Assembly: GCF_002105155.1 (NCBI RefSeq)
Contig: NW_019028994.1
Location: 372,001 to 436,000, forward strand
From: Lobosporangium transversale
Taxonomy: Eukaryota
Reading direction: 5' to 3'
DNA length: 64,000 bases
Below the pieces are notes generated by a model, which saw only the letters and a program-made list of their open reading frames with translations, was not told where the DNA came from and made no database searches. Below are positions 1 through 13,381 of this stretch, piece after piece (positions within the stretch are counted from its first letter, which is position 1; each line of letters begins with the position of its first letter). The translations under genes were made by a program, and so were the position numbers.

Positions 1-473
1 TTAACGATATAGTGACTGCCTGAAGGGAGCCTCTTGGCCGCAGCACGTATTTCATTTTCTCGCTTGAGCATGCGTTGAAGGCTACTACATGAAAGATCGA
101 GTCCTATTGTAGGGCCGAAGGAACGCTGGGAAAGTCTGTACGGAAGGTTTGTCTTCCGCTTTTCAAGATAATGGTATATATCCAAAATCTCAACTTGTTC
201 ATCCAGGGTGCGAGACACCCTGGACATGGGCACTTCAAATGGATCAGCGCCAGGAAGCACAAGGACAGCGGCCATGTCTCCCGTCCTGGCAGAATTCAGG
301 AGGTCATTATATCGCATTTGGCGAATTCTTTGAATCTCCTCAAGTTCCTTTTTGGTATATGTTTTGTCCTTATTTGATGAGGGCAAAGGGAGGGCAGGCT
401 TCAGTTTTTTAACCCGCGTCTTCACCTCATCCGAGAACGACTGTCGTCTCTTGTTCTCAAACTTTTTGGTCAT
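1..473 (-). CDS. Partial CDS running off the window edge; probable CENP-B/pogo-type helix-turn-helix protein (transposase-derived or domesticated)
   Basis: Manual translation from ATG 473 is open to base 1: MTKKFENKRR...RTLDEQVEILDIYHYLEKRKTNLPYRLSQRSFGPTIGLDLSCSSLQRMLKRENEIR. The TLxEQVEIL...LSQR...SSLQRMLK pattern resembles the CENP-B N-terminal HTH. It is absent from the ORF track because there is no stop in the window. Confidence 0.5.
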   Translation of the reverse strand, partial: MTKKFENKRRQSFSDEVKTRVKKLKPALPLPSSNKDKTYTKKELEEIQRIRQMRYNDLLNSARTGDMAAVLVLPGADPFEVPMSRVSRTLDEQVEILDIYHYLEKRKTNLPYRLSQRSFGPTIGLDLSCSSLQRMLKRENEIRAAAKRLPSGSHYIV

Positions 474-1512
474 GGTGTTGTGTAATGTTGAATGAGGAAT
501 GAAGACGTTTTTTTGTCATGTGCGCCAATAAATAGAACTGGAAATTTCACGTTTTAAAATACATCATTTTTACGGTCAGTTTCACTGTCCACATAAACCA
601 CTTTCGACTGCTAATGACATGAGTGTGGATGGATTTGCCGCAATACGCCTTGTTTTTTTTAAATAAACAAATCGTTCGACTAGGGATTGTTTATTATGCT
701 ATTCAACTTTAATGCCTGATGCTTCTTGCTATTTCATCGAATTATAAATAACATCGTCAAGTGTCTTGTCCACGATATCCTCATCCATGTCCCTCAACAA
801 AAACCACGAACCGATCACTGCTATGAATCTGAGTGTGCGAATGCGTAAAATCTTGATAGACTACAAAGTATTGGTCTCGATATCGAGCTACAGGTTTAAA
901 TAAAGACCTTGCGTTGATAATACATACCATGCAGAAGGATAATCACATCCCTTATCCATTTTTCCAAGACGGAGAACATACGGTAACTTGTGATCGGACC
1001 CGGCAAGGAGGCAGGAGATTGTAGGTACCAAGGCAGAACCATGTCTCGGAGAAAAAAAAGAAATAAAAAAAAAAAAAAGAAGACAGACTCGTTGGAACTG
1101 CGGGGCTAGAGCCTTTGCAGTAGACCAAAGCCTATTCAAAGGCTTTCATCACTACGAATAGCCTCCTCGTAACGATCTTCGAGGTCAGAGAAAAAAAAAA
1201 AAAAAAAGAGAGAAGCTGCAATACTCTTATTGGATCGGAAGAGTCCACGTCTCCTCATTGTAAGAAACAAGGTATTACTCACAGATGATACTGGAAGCGT
1301 AGATAAATGATAAAGATAGTGGCCATGTTTGGTTGTTGAGGACATGGTGGGAAAAAAAAAAAAATGGTGACGCATAATAGCTAAGACAAGCTTGCAAGGA
1401 GCGAAAATAGGGTTGGTTCTTCAATATAATTTAGTTTTCAAGTCTGGCTAACCATTACCATTCAAACCCCTTACATTCAACTTTTTTTTTTTATTCGCCA
1501 TTCAAACCAACA

Positions 1513-2173
1513 ATGCACCGAACACCATTAACAATGTCAATACACATGCTGCGCGCAAGGACCATTGCTACCGCAGTTCGTGCCACCGCAAACATCCCTA
1601 TCTCTCACAATCTGAGACGTGGTACATTGAACTGGAAGGGGAGTAGTCTGAACTTTTCTACCACCGGAACTGGGAATGGAACCATGTTTGCAGCAAGTGC
1701 TGCAGTAGGACTTGCCTCAACATCTGCATCCCCCGGTGCAGGAGATGCCGGCTCGGCTTCAAACTTCTTTTCTCTCAAAGCCAAGGATAAAGGCCATCAA
1801 GAGGTTGATTTGTCCCAGTATGCGAACAAGGTTATCCTGGTCGTGAATGTGGCCTCCCGATGTGGATTTACGGAGCAATACACAGAGTTGGAGCAGCTTT
1901 ACAAGGATTACAAGGACCGAGGATTTGTTGTCATTGGATTTCCTTGCAACCAATTTGGAGCACAAGTAAGTTTTGTAGCCATAAAAAAAAAAAAAAAAAA
2001 AAAAATACTCACGGTTCTTTTATTGATTGAGTTGGTAATCCTTGAACCTGCGCGGAATGTCAACAGCATTTGACAATTCACACTATTCTTTCTCTGTTTA
2101 ATGCTGGTGATTCAGGAACCTGGTTCAAATGAAGGTGAGTAGTTTATATCATAAGCTGAATTCAGGAGCAATC

Positions 2174-2204
<31 letters not shown>

Positions 2205-2530
2205 TATTCTATTGTTATTAACGGCATTCTGAATATTCCATCCGTCGCACTCATGTCATTGACCGCTAACTAATGGCAGAGATTGAGAAGTTTTGCAAGC
2301 TCAACTATGGAGTGACATTCCCCATCATGGATAAGATCGAGGTCAACGGTAATAACGAAGATCCGGTCTATGCTTTCCTCAAGTCACAGAAGTCTGGCCT
2401 GATGGGTCTGACACGGATCAAGTGGAATTTTGAGAAATTCTTGGTCAACAAAGACGGCACAGTGTATAAGCGCTATTCATCCGCTACAAAGCCCAGCAGC
2501 ATAGCTGAGGATATCGAGAAGTTGTTGTAA
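1513..2530 (+). CDS. GPX: Glutathione peroxidase (Cys-type, fungal GPX/HYR1-like), 3 exons: 1513-1965, 2116-2134, 2280-2530
   Basis: Motifs VNVASRCGFT, FPCNQFGAQEPG (spanning introns) and IKWNFEKFLV. GT-AG introns keep the frame. The active-site codon is TGT. The Arg/Ala/Thr-rich N-terminal extension may be a mitochondrial presequence. Confidence 0.93.
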
Positions 2531-2718
2531 TGCTATCATTTTGAGTCATTAACCTGACTTCATGTCAGTAAAACCATAACAGGCGGAAGGAATGAAATAA
2601 AAATAATAATAAAAAAACGTATGTGGCATATTATGGGCACAAGCGTATGCTTTGCTTGTCTAGAGGCTTTTATCCAGTAATGTTATAAATATATTGTTGT
2701 TGTAATGAAGATGTGGAT

Positions 2719-3225
2719 TCACATAGCAGAAGGCTTGGGTAGGATGGCACCAGAGTTGGCCAACTTGTCTGCCATTTCGTTTCCGAATGTGCCGGCATGT
2801 CCCTTAACAAACACCTAAAAATTAATACGACAAAGTAGAGCTTAATTGTTTCTTCATCATATACTGACGTTCCGCTCGAAGATAGAGAGATCGTTCTTTT
2901 TTTGTCCATTCTTACCCATTTGATAGGGCCAGGCCGACTCTTGACTTTGTTAATAAGAGGTTCGATTATATCGCGATTCTGTACACTACCACCATCACCG
3001 CGCTTCCAGTCATTCTTAATCCAGCTCTCAGCCCACTTTGTTACAACTATCGGAAAAAGGCAGTGGGGAAGACATCTAATCAGTACCAGTGTCGACTATA
3101 GTCTATGGCCCATTGAATAAAAGAAAGAAAAAAAGACCTACTGTTTATGGTATACATGCTGTCTGTTCTGATCTCGAGTGGTGCAGTGTCGCTTCCACAC
3201 ACTTCCAGTGCTCTGAGTGCAGCCT

Positions 3226-3264
<39 letters not shown>

Positions 3265-4001
3265 TGATACGAGTCGAATAAAGAGGAGTGAAGAGTCAGT
3301 AATGATGGATCGTGGGTTTTACAATAATATACCATATTAAAGCAATTGCTTGTAGCTTATCGTACAGTCAGCTCTGCTCTCTGATTAGTTTGAAGATCTC
3401 CATCCAGTCTTTCGCTCACATTTCTAGGGTCATTCACCCCAAAGAAGACTCCTACTCCTGCTCGTGAATTCGATTTGCCATTCCCAAGTGAGCTGCCATC
3501 AGTGTATGCTACAATTGCATCTGATATGACTCGGACACCGTTAACTATACGATGATCTTTACTACTCTCTGTTCCAGTTGACGTTGATGTTGTGGCTGTA
3601 TTAGATGATGAAGAAGCCCCTGAAGCTTTTGATGAGGATGCAGCGGCGTTATAGGGCGATGGCCTAGCACTTGATGATCCTACAGCTGCTTTGTATGAAG
3701 GTTTTGTGTATGCTTTGGGACCGTTTTTGACAAATTCCTCTGCTTCTTTTTGGGTCTCAAACTTCTTATACTTGGCACCGATAAATCCTTTGACCTGCTT
3801 CTCACATTCTGGCCTATTTGTCATAACAGTGATAAGGTGTATCTTTCTTATCAGGTGGGAAGGTCTTGCTATTAATGTTGGTTTGAATGTAGAAAGCAGT
3901 AAGGCTGTAATTTGGTTTTACCATGTAAAGTAAATGCCTTTGGTCTTTCCGACATGAACAGCGTAGAAACCTTTTGCGGGTGCTTTAGATGCTTTGGGCA
4001 T
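2719..4001 (-). CDS. RNH1: Ribonuclease H1, 5 exons: 4001-3922, 3813-3366, 3223-3142, 3046-2916, 2814-2719
   Basis: Hybrid-binding domain FYAVHVGKTKGIYFTWPECEKQVKGF...YKKF. Catalytic motifs AYTDGSS, TNQRAEL, IRTDSMY, VKGHAG and GNEMADKLA. All introns are GT-AG and in frame. Confidence 0.93.
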
Positions 4002-4431
4002 GATGATTATAGGGAGGAGCCTTAACATGCAATGAAAAGAAAGGAAAGAAAAAAAATTAAAAAATAGGCCCATAAAGTAGTAATTTGACACACGATCCTG
4101 AGCACAAACAAAAAGCACCCCTGTTAATGCTAATGTCCTCTAATAGATGCAAAAAGCCACATAATGAGCGAAAGGGTCTCTTTCATAGAACTTCTTCAAA
4201 AGGCTCTAGCCCTCCGGATACGTTCTCTTTCAATTATTTGCATGCTCTCTTTCTCTTTTTTTTACCTCATTCCTTCTTATTTTTTTTTTACTTAACGTAC
4301 TGGGCTCTTCTTCCTTTTACATCCTTATTCACGTTCACGTTCACATTCACACCCATTCGCACTCCCATTCCCATTCTTTTGCCTTGCCTCACCACTAAAC
4401 TACCCCCGATACCTTATTTTTGTTTATAAAA

Positions 4432-5212
4432 ATGGAGTCCTATCCTCTTGAAGCAGTACCTGGAACTGGTGAGGTTCATATGGCTTGCTTCACGTCCGTT
4501 AAAAATGCACCTGAGCTCAAGGAGCGCCTCCAAGCTCAGGATAAGACGTTGACCTTCGCTATGGTTGAATCGAATTTGGTAATGATATTATTATTATTTT
4601 TTTATACTTTTTACTGTTGAGTTCAGTTTCAAAACATTCCTTTTTATCGTTTCGATCTAACTTGTTTGACATTTACTGCTGAAATTAAATTCTTATTTCT
4701 TTTTTTCTTTTTTTCTTTCGAATAAAACAGATCATGGATGTATTCCAGCTTCTAACAGCAGCTACCAAGGCTGCAAAGGATCATGAGGCTGGGAAATTGA
4801 GTACTCAATCACTCAGTTCAGAAATCATTTATAACCTCTCACCTACTAGAAACGTATGTCATCAAATGCTCATTGTTATCATGGGACGTCATTTGTATCT
4901 CCTAGAAATCAACAATTTCCACAACGCGTCCCTCGATGAGCTTTTGACTAAGGTCTATCATTGGCTAACATAATTTAGTAATTTCTTTTTTTTTTTTTTT
5001 TTTTTTTCCCTTTTTCTTGTGCTCTCTTGGAATGCATAGATCGCAGAATCTCTGAAACGCTTTGGAATCAATGAAGACACAACGTCCTTAATAGCAGTCA
5101 AGATTGGTGGCAACCCCGACGAAGTTTTGGAGGATATGTCCAAGACAGTAGATGGGATTCTGATCTCGTTTTCAAAACTAGATCAAGAGAAGGATATGGT
5201 TAGGCTTCGCCA

Positions 5213-5248
<36 letters not shown>

Positions 5249-5414
5249 GTGTATTAATTAGACTTATCGCGCTTTATGGGCTCATGCAATTTAGCTAACG
5301 GAATCTGTCATGATTCTCTTCATCTAGTACTACAAAATTGATCCCAAGGTGACAGAGCATAAGGATATTTTGAACTGGATAATCGGAGCAATGGCAATGA
5401 AGAATATTCAATAG
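4432..5414 (+). CDS. CGI121: KEOPS/EKC complex subunit CGI121 (TPRKB), 4 exons: 4432-4578, 4731-4853, 5040-5213, 5328-5414
   Basis: The spliced translation contains the family motif SEIIYNLSPTRNIAESLKRFGI, plus FTSVKNAPEL and C-terminal YYKI...IGAMAMK. Introns are GT-AG. Confidence 0.88.
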
Positions 5415-6634
5415 TGATAAAAGAATAAAGCTTTAATCATGGCCTCAAAAAAAAAAAAAAAGAAAAAGAAAAATGAAAGAGTTCGCTATGAAGGACTCGT
5501 TCATTCAAAGATGTATTTCATCCTTATTAGCGCAGGGCCTTTAGCTTCGGTACTGACAAGAGTATGAACATTAAAAGCTTTTGTCTGAGCTTAGATCATG
5601 TGTATCGTCCCAATTAACTCGCTGTTTCCTGATCAAAGTATTGTTGATATAGCATCACACTGATCTAGAATATTGCCAACTTTCATTATCACAAACCGTA
5701 CATTTCTAACCTATTGAATATCCAGGATATAGTTTTTGTTAGCACATAAAAGTAAGTAGATCTGAGGGGTTGCTTCATAAAAAGTGTTTCACATCAAGCA
5801 TTTACAACACCTTGATGATATCACTCCGAGCTTGACACGTCGGACCGTCGCCTCCGGGCCAATCTCCATTTTGTTCAAAGGGTTTGGAAATATTGTTATA
5901 GAAAGGATAGAATGGCCAGGTCGAATAGTACTACCATCAAAACTTGTTATTCGAGGGTCAGGGCCATATAAAAATGTCTTCCATGCTCTTTGCCACGGAC
6001 TCTACTTTTTCTATTTTGAGAGTTGTTCTATATTTCAGTACTATAACATTACATACCCATCTTGACTCGATGAAGCAGGAACAGGAGGGCGCATCCACAC
6101 TTTATGAAACCACCAAACGATGATGATGTGCGTGATATTTTCGCTTCGAATGGTACTGCTTGATTGTTTTATATGATGAAAATAATAGGTCCCAAGTCTA
6201 GAAAACTCGACTATTGGATCTCCACTATGGAGATATGAAGAACTACTCGACTTTATATTGAATACGCATCCAACACCCAAGGACGCCATTTATTTGAAGC
6301 TGTAGTTATATATAGGCGTGAAAACAATTTCAATTAATGCAACGAAGAAGTTCATGGCGCTGAGAATAAGGTTTAAATTAAATAATCTCACAGGAGCCAC
6401 CAAGTGACCATTTCGGCCTGCACCATCATCCCTCTACTAGTGTGGCTTCCTCCATTTGCTGTAAAGCCTTTGCATTGTATAAGAGTAGGTACGTGTATTA
6501 TCTCGACAGGGACAAGATTACTCTTTTTTTTTTTTTTTTTTTTTTTTTAATAGGAATGATAGGCTACGTTTTTATGCTGAGGAAAGAATTGTCTTCGAAG
6601 CTGAGCTGCGAGCTTGGCCTGGACCCTCGACCGT

Positions 6635-7195
6635 CTACTCGCTGGGTTCTTCTTCTGGGTAGACTCTTGCAAACTTCCAGCCCTTGATGTAGCCTTCTTG
6701 GCCTTCATACCTAAAAGAAACCCAGTTTATTTTACCTTCTTCCTCATTGGAGTTGCTCTCGCTGACAACAAGTGTCTGGTTATTGACCTTTCTTGGGTGA
6801 GCGAGGACGTGCCTGGTGAAAGGACCGCCTGCAATCCTGGTAATGAACCACCTTTGCGGCTTTTCAGTAACACCAAGAGATGCTCCTGGAAGAGCCCCAG
6901 ATCTTCCTTCCGAGAGGTATTTTCTCTTATCTGCGTTCTTGTCATAAATTTGAAGAGACACCTGCCCTTTGCTATGGTTGCGAAGTTGCCATACTTGAAG
7001 TTTAGCTTCATCTTTGGGCTCAATCCTCACGGAGCCAGTTCTAGCATCTGGATAAGCAGTGAAGTAGCGGTTTCGGGAGGGTACATGCTGATTTCCTTTG
7101 AAAATGCGGTAGTAGCCATTGGGAAGCAAAGGCTCCGCGATGGCAACACTAATGATCGCAAGGATCGCAATCAATAAGACGGCGACTTGGTGCAT
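6635..7195 (-). CDS. Family A copy A1: secreted ricin-B/beta-trefoil-like protein, 186 aa
   Basis: Signal peptide MHQVAVLLIAILAIISVAIA, then EPLLPNGYYRI. Motifs QVW, QRW and KGW. The start follows a 5'UTR intron acceptor (aatag|tATG). The fold call is inferred from motif spacing. Confidence 0.8.
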   Translation of the reverse strand: MHQVAVLLIAILAIISVAIAEPLLPNGYYRIFKGNQHVPSRNRYFTAYPDARTGSVRIEPKDEAKLQVWQLRNHSKGQVSLQIYDKNADKRKYLSEGRSGALPGASLGVTEKPQRWFITRIAGGPFTRHVLAHPRKVNNQTLVVSESNSNEEEGKINWVSFRYEGQEGYIKGWKFARVYPEEEPSE

Positions 7196-9390
7196 ACTAT
7201 TCATTAGACATAGGCTTTGTGAGTACAGAGGAATAGATTGAATGGATACTCTTATGACAAAAATAATGGCATACGAGATAGTATCCAAAAGATTATTCTC
7301 ACCTTGAGATAAGGTCGACTTGAAGAAGTGGGGCAGAATTGAATGTGTATGAGGGATAGAGGTATGTTGTTGGACGGGGGTAAGCTTTGCTTTTATATAT
7401 GTTTTTTTTTTTTTTTTTCTCATGTGTAATATTGTACGAGGAACCCTTGGCGTAGAGCTGCAACAGCGCGTGGTATGTTGGTATGTTACACATAACACAC
7501 GGCATGCAAAAAAGAAATCGCGAATCAATCCGAGTGAAGAATGGTCTAAATTTAATACAGCGTTTGTACAAGAAAATGCAGAGATCACGCAAGGTTGGTG
7601 CATTTGGTCAATTAATATGCATTGCAAACACGGCGTCCCTCTGTTGACATTTCTTTTTTTTTTCTTTCTTTGATTCGTATGTCCTAAACCAACGGCCAAA
7701 AACATCTCAAAATATAAACATTCTGTGTGAAACAACCGATCTGAACGCAAAGACCTCATTGTTACCGAGGGTTGGCGTTTTTTTTTTTTTCCTTTCTTTT
7801 CTGTTATTTTTAGACTACGCCATCTCTTACCTTAATTGAACTCAAGCTAAATCGCAAATAGGGAAACCATCTCCAACCCTACCGCCACCAATAAATATCT
7901 GTTTTTCTCAATAGTCTTCTCTTTTTTTCTTACAGGAACTCATTGATTTTTGAGACGAACCACTTGTGCTCGTAGATTTTGTGTTTAGTCTTCTCTGTCT
8001 TACTTTACCGAGGGATCCTATTTGCCTTTTATTCACCGATTCGCTTGCCACAGTAAGCAGTGATCACCTTCAGAAGTCTCTCCCACACACTCCATTGGAA
8101 CAACAGCACCAAGCAACGGGAAATCTGCAACAGGGCTTTTGTGTACCCAGTGATTTCGTCCAATTTTTCTTAAATGTGGCGACGGTCAAAATGTGATAAC
8201 ATGTATTGAGAGCACTTTTATTACTTTATTGATATATATTTTTTGATACGACGGAAGCAGTGGCGATATGGAGTACTCGTTGTGACTCAGGCTGTAGAAA
8301 AGAAAAGAAAAAAAGGAAAAGAAAAGATCCTGAGTTCCTCCTAATGATGTCATCTCCTTTTTTTCTTTTTTTTTCCATTCCTATTTCCTATTCCTAGTAA
8401 GGTCCCAATTAACACACTTCTACTTCCGTTCATAATAGTACATGTACGGTACTGTTGTTTTATTTACAACAATTGGCATCATCACTAACGATCTTTTAAA
8501 CTAGTGTCTTGGCAAGCTCACTTTCAACATTAAGAATAAAATAATTGCCGTTTCTCCATCTTTTGCTAGAATAAGGAGCAGGGACATGGCGTTGACATGG
8601 AATTACAAGGGTCAGACAGGAACAAGAGTGGCCATTACCACAGGTATAATTAAGCTGTGACTTCATTTTCCCTGCATTGGCTAAATTCAGGGCTCGCACA
8701 GACAGACTTTGCAGGCATACTCAGTCATTGATGTGTCTTATGAAAAATGTATTTCATGTCTGAACAAGAATGAGGGAGGTCTCTATGGCTTTAAAGGAGA
8801 GAGTTAGGACATTCTCACTAAGCCCTCCAATGACACCCTAGTTTTGACTGTAGCAGTAACGATAACCTAGGGTTACATCGGGAAGGGGCTTTTTTTTGTA
8901 CTCGAGCCTCTCAAACAGAAGTGAACCAAAAGTCACTTTTATCCTGCTCAAAAACCAAATTGCCCAAGGACGCTATTAAGGTCAGTCATGAACCTATATA
9001 TCATAGCAGGTCAGCATCACTCGCATTAATTGCTTACTATTTTACGCCCTGACAGTTCAACTGCCTCAAGTATCTAGCATCAGTGTGCAAGTAAGAGTTA
9101 GGGATAAGAACCTTGATTGTTGATTTCATGCCTCCTTCAGATTTCACTTTGCAAAACGATTTCCTTTTTTTTTTTTTTTTTTTTTTTTTGTCGCGTCTTC
9201 CCTGTTTACTCCATTGATACTCTCTCTAGTGCCCAAAGACTTGTCTGACTGATTATCGCTTTTATTTCCATACTTTCATTTTCCATATTTTCAAACTAAA
9301 TACTAAAATAGAACCAAGACTATTCTCGATACATAGGACAAGGCTTTAAAGATCTCCTTTTGATTTCAAAAGGATGTCAGACGCTCGCCT

Positions 9391-9885
9391 TTAGTGAACA
9401 CGAGTAATGTTCCAAGGCTGCTTAGCTCTGGGATTGCCCTCAGAAAGAAGAGCAATGCGCTTGGGAAGTAGAGCGTTAGGGCTGACATCGACATTGAGCC
9501 ACTTGCCATGGACCTTCACTGGGTACACGATCTTGTACTTGTCGCCAGCCTTTTCGAGCGTCCACCTCTGGCTAGTGCCGCTAACAGCCAAGTAGGCATA
9601 CTCCCTGGCACCAAGTGGGCTCAAAGAAAGATATCGCGGCTGGTGTCCGCGAGTAGAAAGAGTGATCTTGTTACCGGCATAGTTACGAAGGTACCATACT
9701 TGATGGTAGCCAGGAGTTGGCAGGGACGCCTGGTAAGTGGCAGGCCAGAACCCGGCACTTCCCGTTTTAGTGGTGATATAGCGGTTGGCGATCGAGATCC
9801 GGTAGTATCCATTAGGAAGAAGCGCGGCCATGGCCACGTTGACAATTGCAAGGATTGCAACCAAGAAAGTGAGTGGTTGATGCAT
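9391..9885 (-). CDS. Family B copy B1 (divergent): secreted ricin-B/beta-trefoil-like protein, 164 aa
   Basis: Signal peptide, then LLPNGYYRI and three QxW motifs (QVW, QRW, QPW). No Cys. A 5'UTR intron acceptor lies 1 nt before the ATG. Confidence 0.8.
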   Translation of the reverse strand: MHQPLTFLVAILAIVNVAMAALLPNGYYRISIANRYITTKTGSAGFWPATYQASLPTPGYHQVWYLRNYAGNKITLSTRGHQPRYLSLSPLGAREYAYLAVSGTSQRWTLEKAGDKYKIVYPVKVHGKWLNVDVSPNALLPKRIALLSEGNPRAKQPWNITRVH

Positions 9886-9936
9886 CCTATTCAATAGCCA
9901 CAGACATAGCAAAGCGTTAACAAGAGATATAGTCTG

Positions 9937-9972
<36 letters not shown>

Positions 9973-11324
9973 AAAGAAGCAACCCTGTCAGCGTGGTACT
10001 TAGAATTAGGATAGGAGGCTTACCTGAGGGAGCTGAGTTGGAGTAAGCTAGAAGAAGACTGGGGAAGTAGGTAAGGTAAGTAGAGTGCAAGAGCTGCGAG
10101 CGTTGGTTGATGGTTGAGAATTGCTCTGAGGAACCCGCCTTTTTTATATGGATTTTGTCTTCTTTGTAACGTCTAGATTGATATGATCGCGCAGCCAGCT
10201 TAGTGTTACCTGGTAGTTACTCTCAGGGGTTCTAGACGCATAAGTACGCGCAGCTCGCAACTATAGCCAATGAGATTGATGTTTAAAGTGTCTTTCTTTT
10301 TTCCTTTCCTTCGACGGTCTACTTTTCCTCGCGGTCATGTATCTCAAAGATAGGCCATGTTTCATTGATCTAAACGCAGCCACCTCATTGTCTATGGTAT
10401 GAATTTGCATTTTTATTTTTAGGAGGGCCAATCCATGTGCCTGTTCTCTTTTTTATTTTTATTTCTTCATACTTTTTGCTTTGTCATCCATCGTGTGCTT
10501 CTAATCACTAGAGTCGCGAAGAGGCCCAGACATAGCCCATCATAGGAAGCTGAGACTTCTCTAATACAACGAAAATATATAAGAACTGAGAAGAGTATAA
10601 GCCTTGACCCAAGGAACATGTGGATATTTTGGACTTGAAGTCTAAATTAGTGGCAATGTGCTAAATCAGTTTAGAGTTTGGTTCCAGGCCTTTCTTTTTA
10701 ACGCCCTACATCACAATTGCTTGAAAGCATGCGGAGTGGAACCTGTAGGTTCCAATAAAATGTCGCAATAGATCACAGAAACTTGACCACCAGTCAAATG
10801 AGTTGGTATTGATAGGCTATGCTTTATATTTGCCTTTAGCACTGCCCTTTGCCTCACAAGGTCAATGCGAAGTCCTTTCCTTCTTGCCAATCAATGAACA
10901 GTAAGCTGCACTCCTCCTGACTGGATGGTTTTGAGTACCTAAAATATCTCGTGCCAACTATGACTCAAGCATAGATTCTCTAACTAAAAAAAAATAAAAT
11001 AAAATAAAATAAAAAAAAAACGTATACATGTCCTGTATTTTTACTTATTGAATAGGTCACTACTTTTTTATATGCGCTCAGCAAACATGTGCAAGTTAAT
11101 CAATAACCTCTTTTTAATGGAAGTAGTAGTAGCCGTTAACAAAGCATTACTTTCGGTATATTATGCTCTATTTCTTCCGAGCCATGAGATTTCCCCCCTT
11201 AACATCTTAACATTAATTAGTCGACCTTTGAACACTAGCACTAGCAATGTCAACAGATGTATTCGTCTAAGGAGGTAATGATAAGGACACTATTTTTATT
11301 TTTACTTTTTTATTTATCTCATCT

Positions 11325-11800
11325 GAATAAAACAGTTCATGAATGTATTCCAACCTCTAACAGCGGCTACCAAGGCTGCAAAGGATTATGAGGCTGGAAA
11401 ATTGAGTACTCAATCCCTCAGTTCAAAAATCTTTATAATCTCTCACCTACTAAAAACGTATGTCATCAACTGTTCATTGTTATCATGGGACGTCATTTGT
11501 ATCTCCTAGAAATCAACAATTTCCACAACGCGTCCCTCTATAAGCTTTTGACTATGGCCAATCATTGGCTAACCTAATTTAATATCTTTTTTTCTTGTGC
11601 TCTCTTGGAATGCATAGATCGCAGAATTTCTGAAGCGCTTTAGAATCAATGAGGACACAACACCCTTAATAGTAATCAAGATTGGTAGTAACCCCGACGA
11701 AGTTTTGGAGGATATGTCCAAGGCAGTAGATGAGATTCAGATCTCGTTTTCAAAACTAGATCAAGAGAAGGGTATGATTGGGCTTTACCAGGTAAAAATA
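11325..11800 (+). pseudogene. CGI121: CGI121 fragment (exons 2-3 with intron 2)
   Basis: Matches 4720-5220. Exon 1 is absent and there is a 1-nt deletion in exon 2 (aatctttataat vs aatcatttataac). Confidence 0.85.
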
Positions 11801-13381
11801 AATAAATAAATAAAAAGCTCGCTGTGAAGAGCTTGGTCAACTACAAGTGTTTTCATACCTATTGATGCAGGGTCTCGCTCGGGTACTGATAAGAGCATGG
11901 ATATCACGAACCTTTAGCTTCAGGCCTAGAACATATGTATTGTCAAAGTTAACTCGTTGTTGCCTGATCAAAGTACTGTTAATAGAAAATCAAGCTGATT
12001 TAGAACATTGTCAACTTTCATTACCACAAATCGTACATTTCTGACTGACTGAATATCTCGGATGCAGTTATTGTTAGCGCATAAAAGTGAGTAGGTCTGA
12101 AGGGTTGCTTCAAAGAAAATGTTTCGCATCGAACATTTACAGCACTTTGATGATATCGCTCAGATACGTCGGACCGTTCCTTTCGGTCAAGATCCATTTT
12201 GTCCAAGGAATTCGGAGATATTGCTATAACTAACTAGGTTGAGCAAAACTACAGCTTTGGCTTAATATCGGAGGATCATGGCCGTATATAAATGTCCTCC
12301 TCTTTCTTTGTCACCATTTTTACTTCTTCTATTTTAAGGAAGTGTCTTATACTGCCACGGCGAAAAGTATATCATCTCACACAGCGAAGAACGATTGTAG
12401 AATCTAGAGTTTGGTCAGTGCTTGTTAGTTGCCCCGTCCACAGATCTATATATTGAAACGTTTTCATGGAGTGCTTCGGAGGAAGGCTGCATTCTGGCTA
12501 CACGACCTAGCTATACTTCTATTCAGCTGTATTTCATTGTGCAGGAGAGCAACAAGTAATGCCCGAAGTGGCTGCACAACCTAATAAACCATGCCTTTTG
12601 ATTACAAGGGCCCTCAGGGGCAATGAGATTTATTTTTTTAAACGACGCAACCAAGGTTGAGGGCATCAGACAGATGGCTCGTAGTGCTAGCAACATGTCT
12701 ATTCAAGATGTGGTTGAGTTGTGTGTCGCTAACACGAAGCTTTTGGTGCAACACGGACCTACAAGCAGGCGTGTTCTTTATCTAGTCGCGCATGGAGTAT
12801 CCATTTGCACTTTGGTGACACTACCAATGACATCCATCTGAGTCCGCAGACCCTAGCCAAATGGGACATCGCCAAGGCCCATCGGAAGCAGTAATATGAG
12901 AAAAGGTGCTATTGAGTAGGGGGGCCGATGACTATATCGATGGTAATAAGCGATCTGGTCTAAGACCACCGGCGCATAAACAATTAATGCAACGAAGAGA
13001 GTCAATATGTAGCATGGCACTGACGATAAGCTTAAAGTAGCAAACTATCTAAAGGAAAAAAGGAGGCGCCTTCTCTTATTGACACTGCACAAGCCAAATA
13101 GTTTCACAGTAACCGCCAAGTAATCCGGCCATTGTGGCATAAACCATCATCATTTTGCTACTAGTGTGGCTCTCTCCGTTTGCCGTTAAGCCTTTGTGTC
13201 CTATAGGAAGGAGCAAGTGTTGTCACCTCAACAAAGTGGTGAGTTTTTTTTTTTTTTTTTTTTTTTTTTTATAGTTTTATTTAATAGAAACAAGAGGTTA
13301 TAGATATCTGCAATGTGGAAAGAATTGCCTTCGCAGATGAACCGAAGCTGAACTGAGGGCCTGGCTTGAATCTTCGCCTAC

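Noticed and set aside
1861..1863. Selenocysteine GPX
   Set aside because: The active-site codon is TGT (Cys), not TGA.
6614..7177. Antisense and alternative-frame ORFs overlapping A and B genes (e.g. 20037..20576, 28558..29106, 57722..58294)
   Set aside because: These are shadows of the real CDS. Their recurrence is explained by the duplication itself.
7196..7759. Long N-terminal extension of ORF 6635..7759, and similar extensions on the other A and B ORFs
   Set aside because: It reads through the promoter, poly-A/T runs and the 5'UTR intron, and is not conserved in frame between copies. The signal peptide begins at the MHQ/MYQ methionine.
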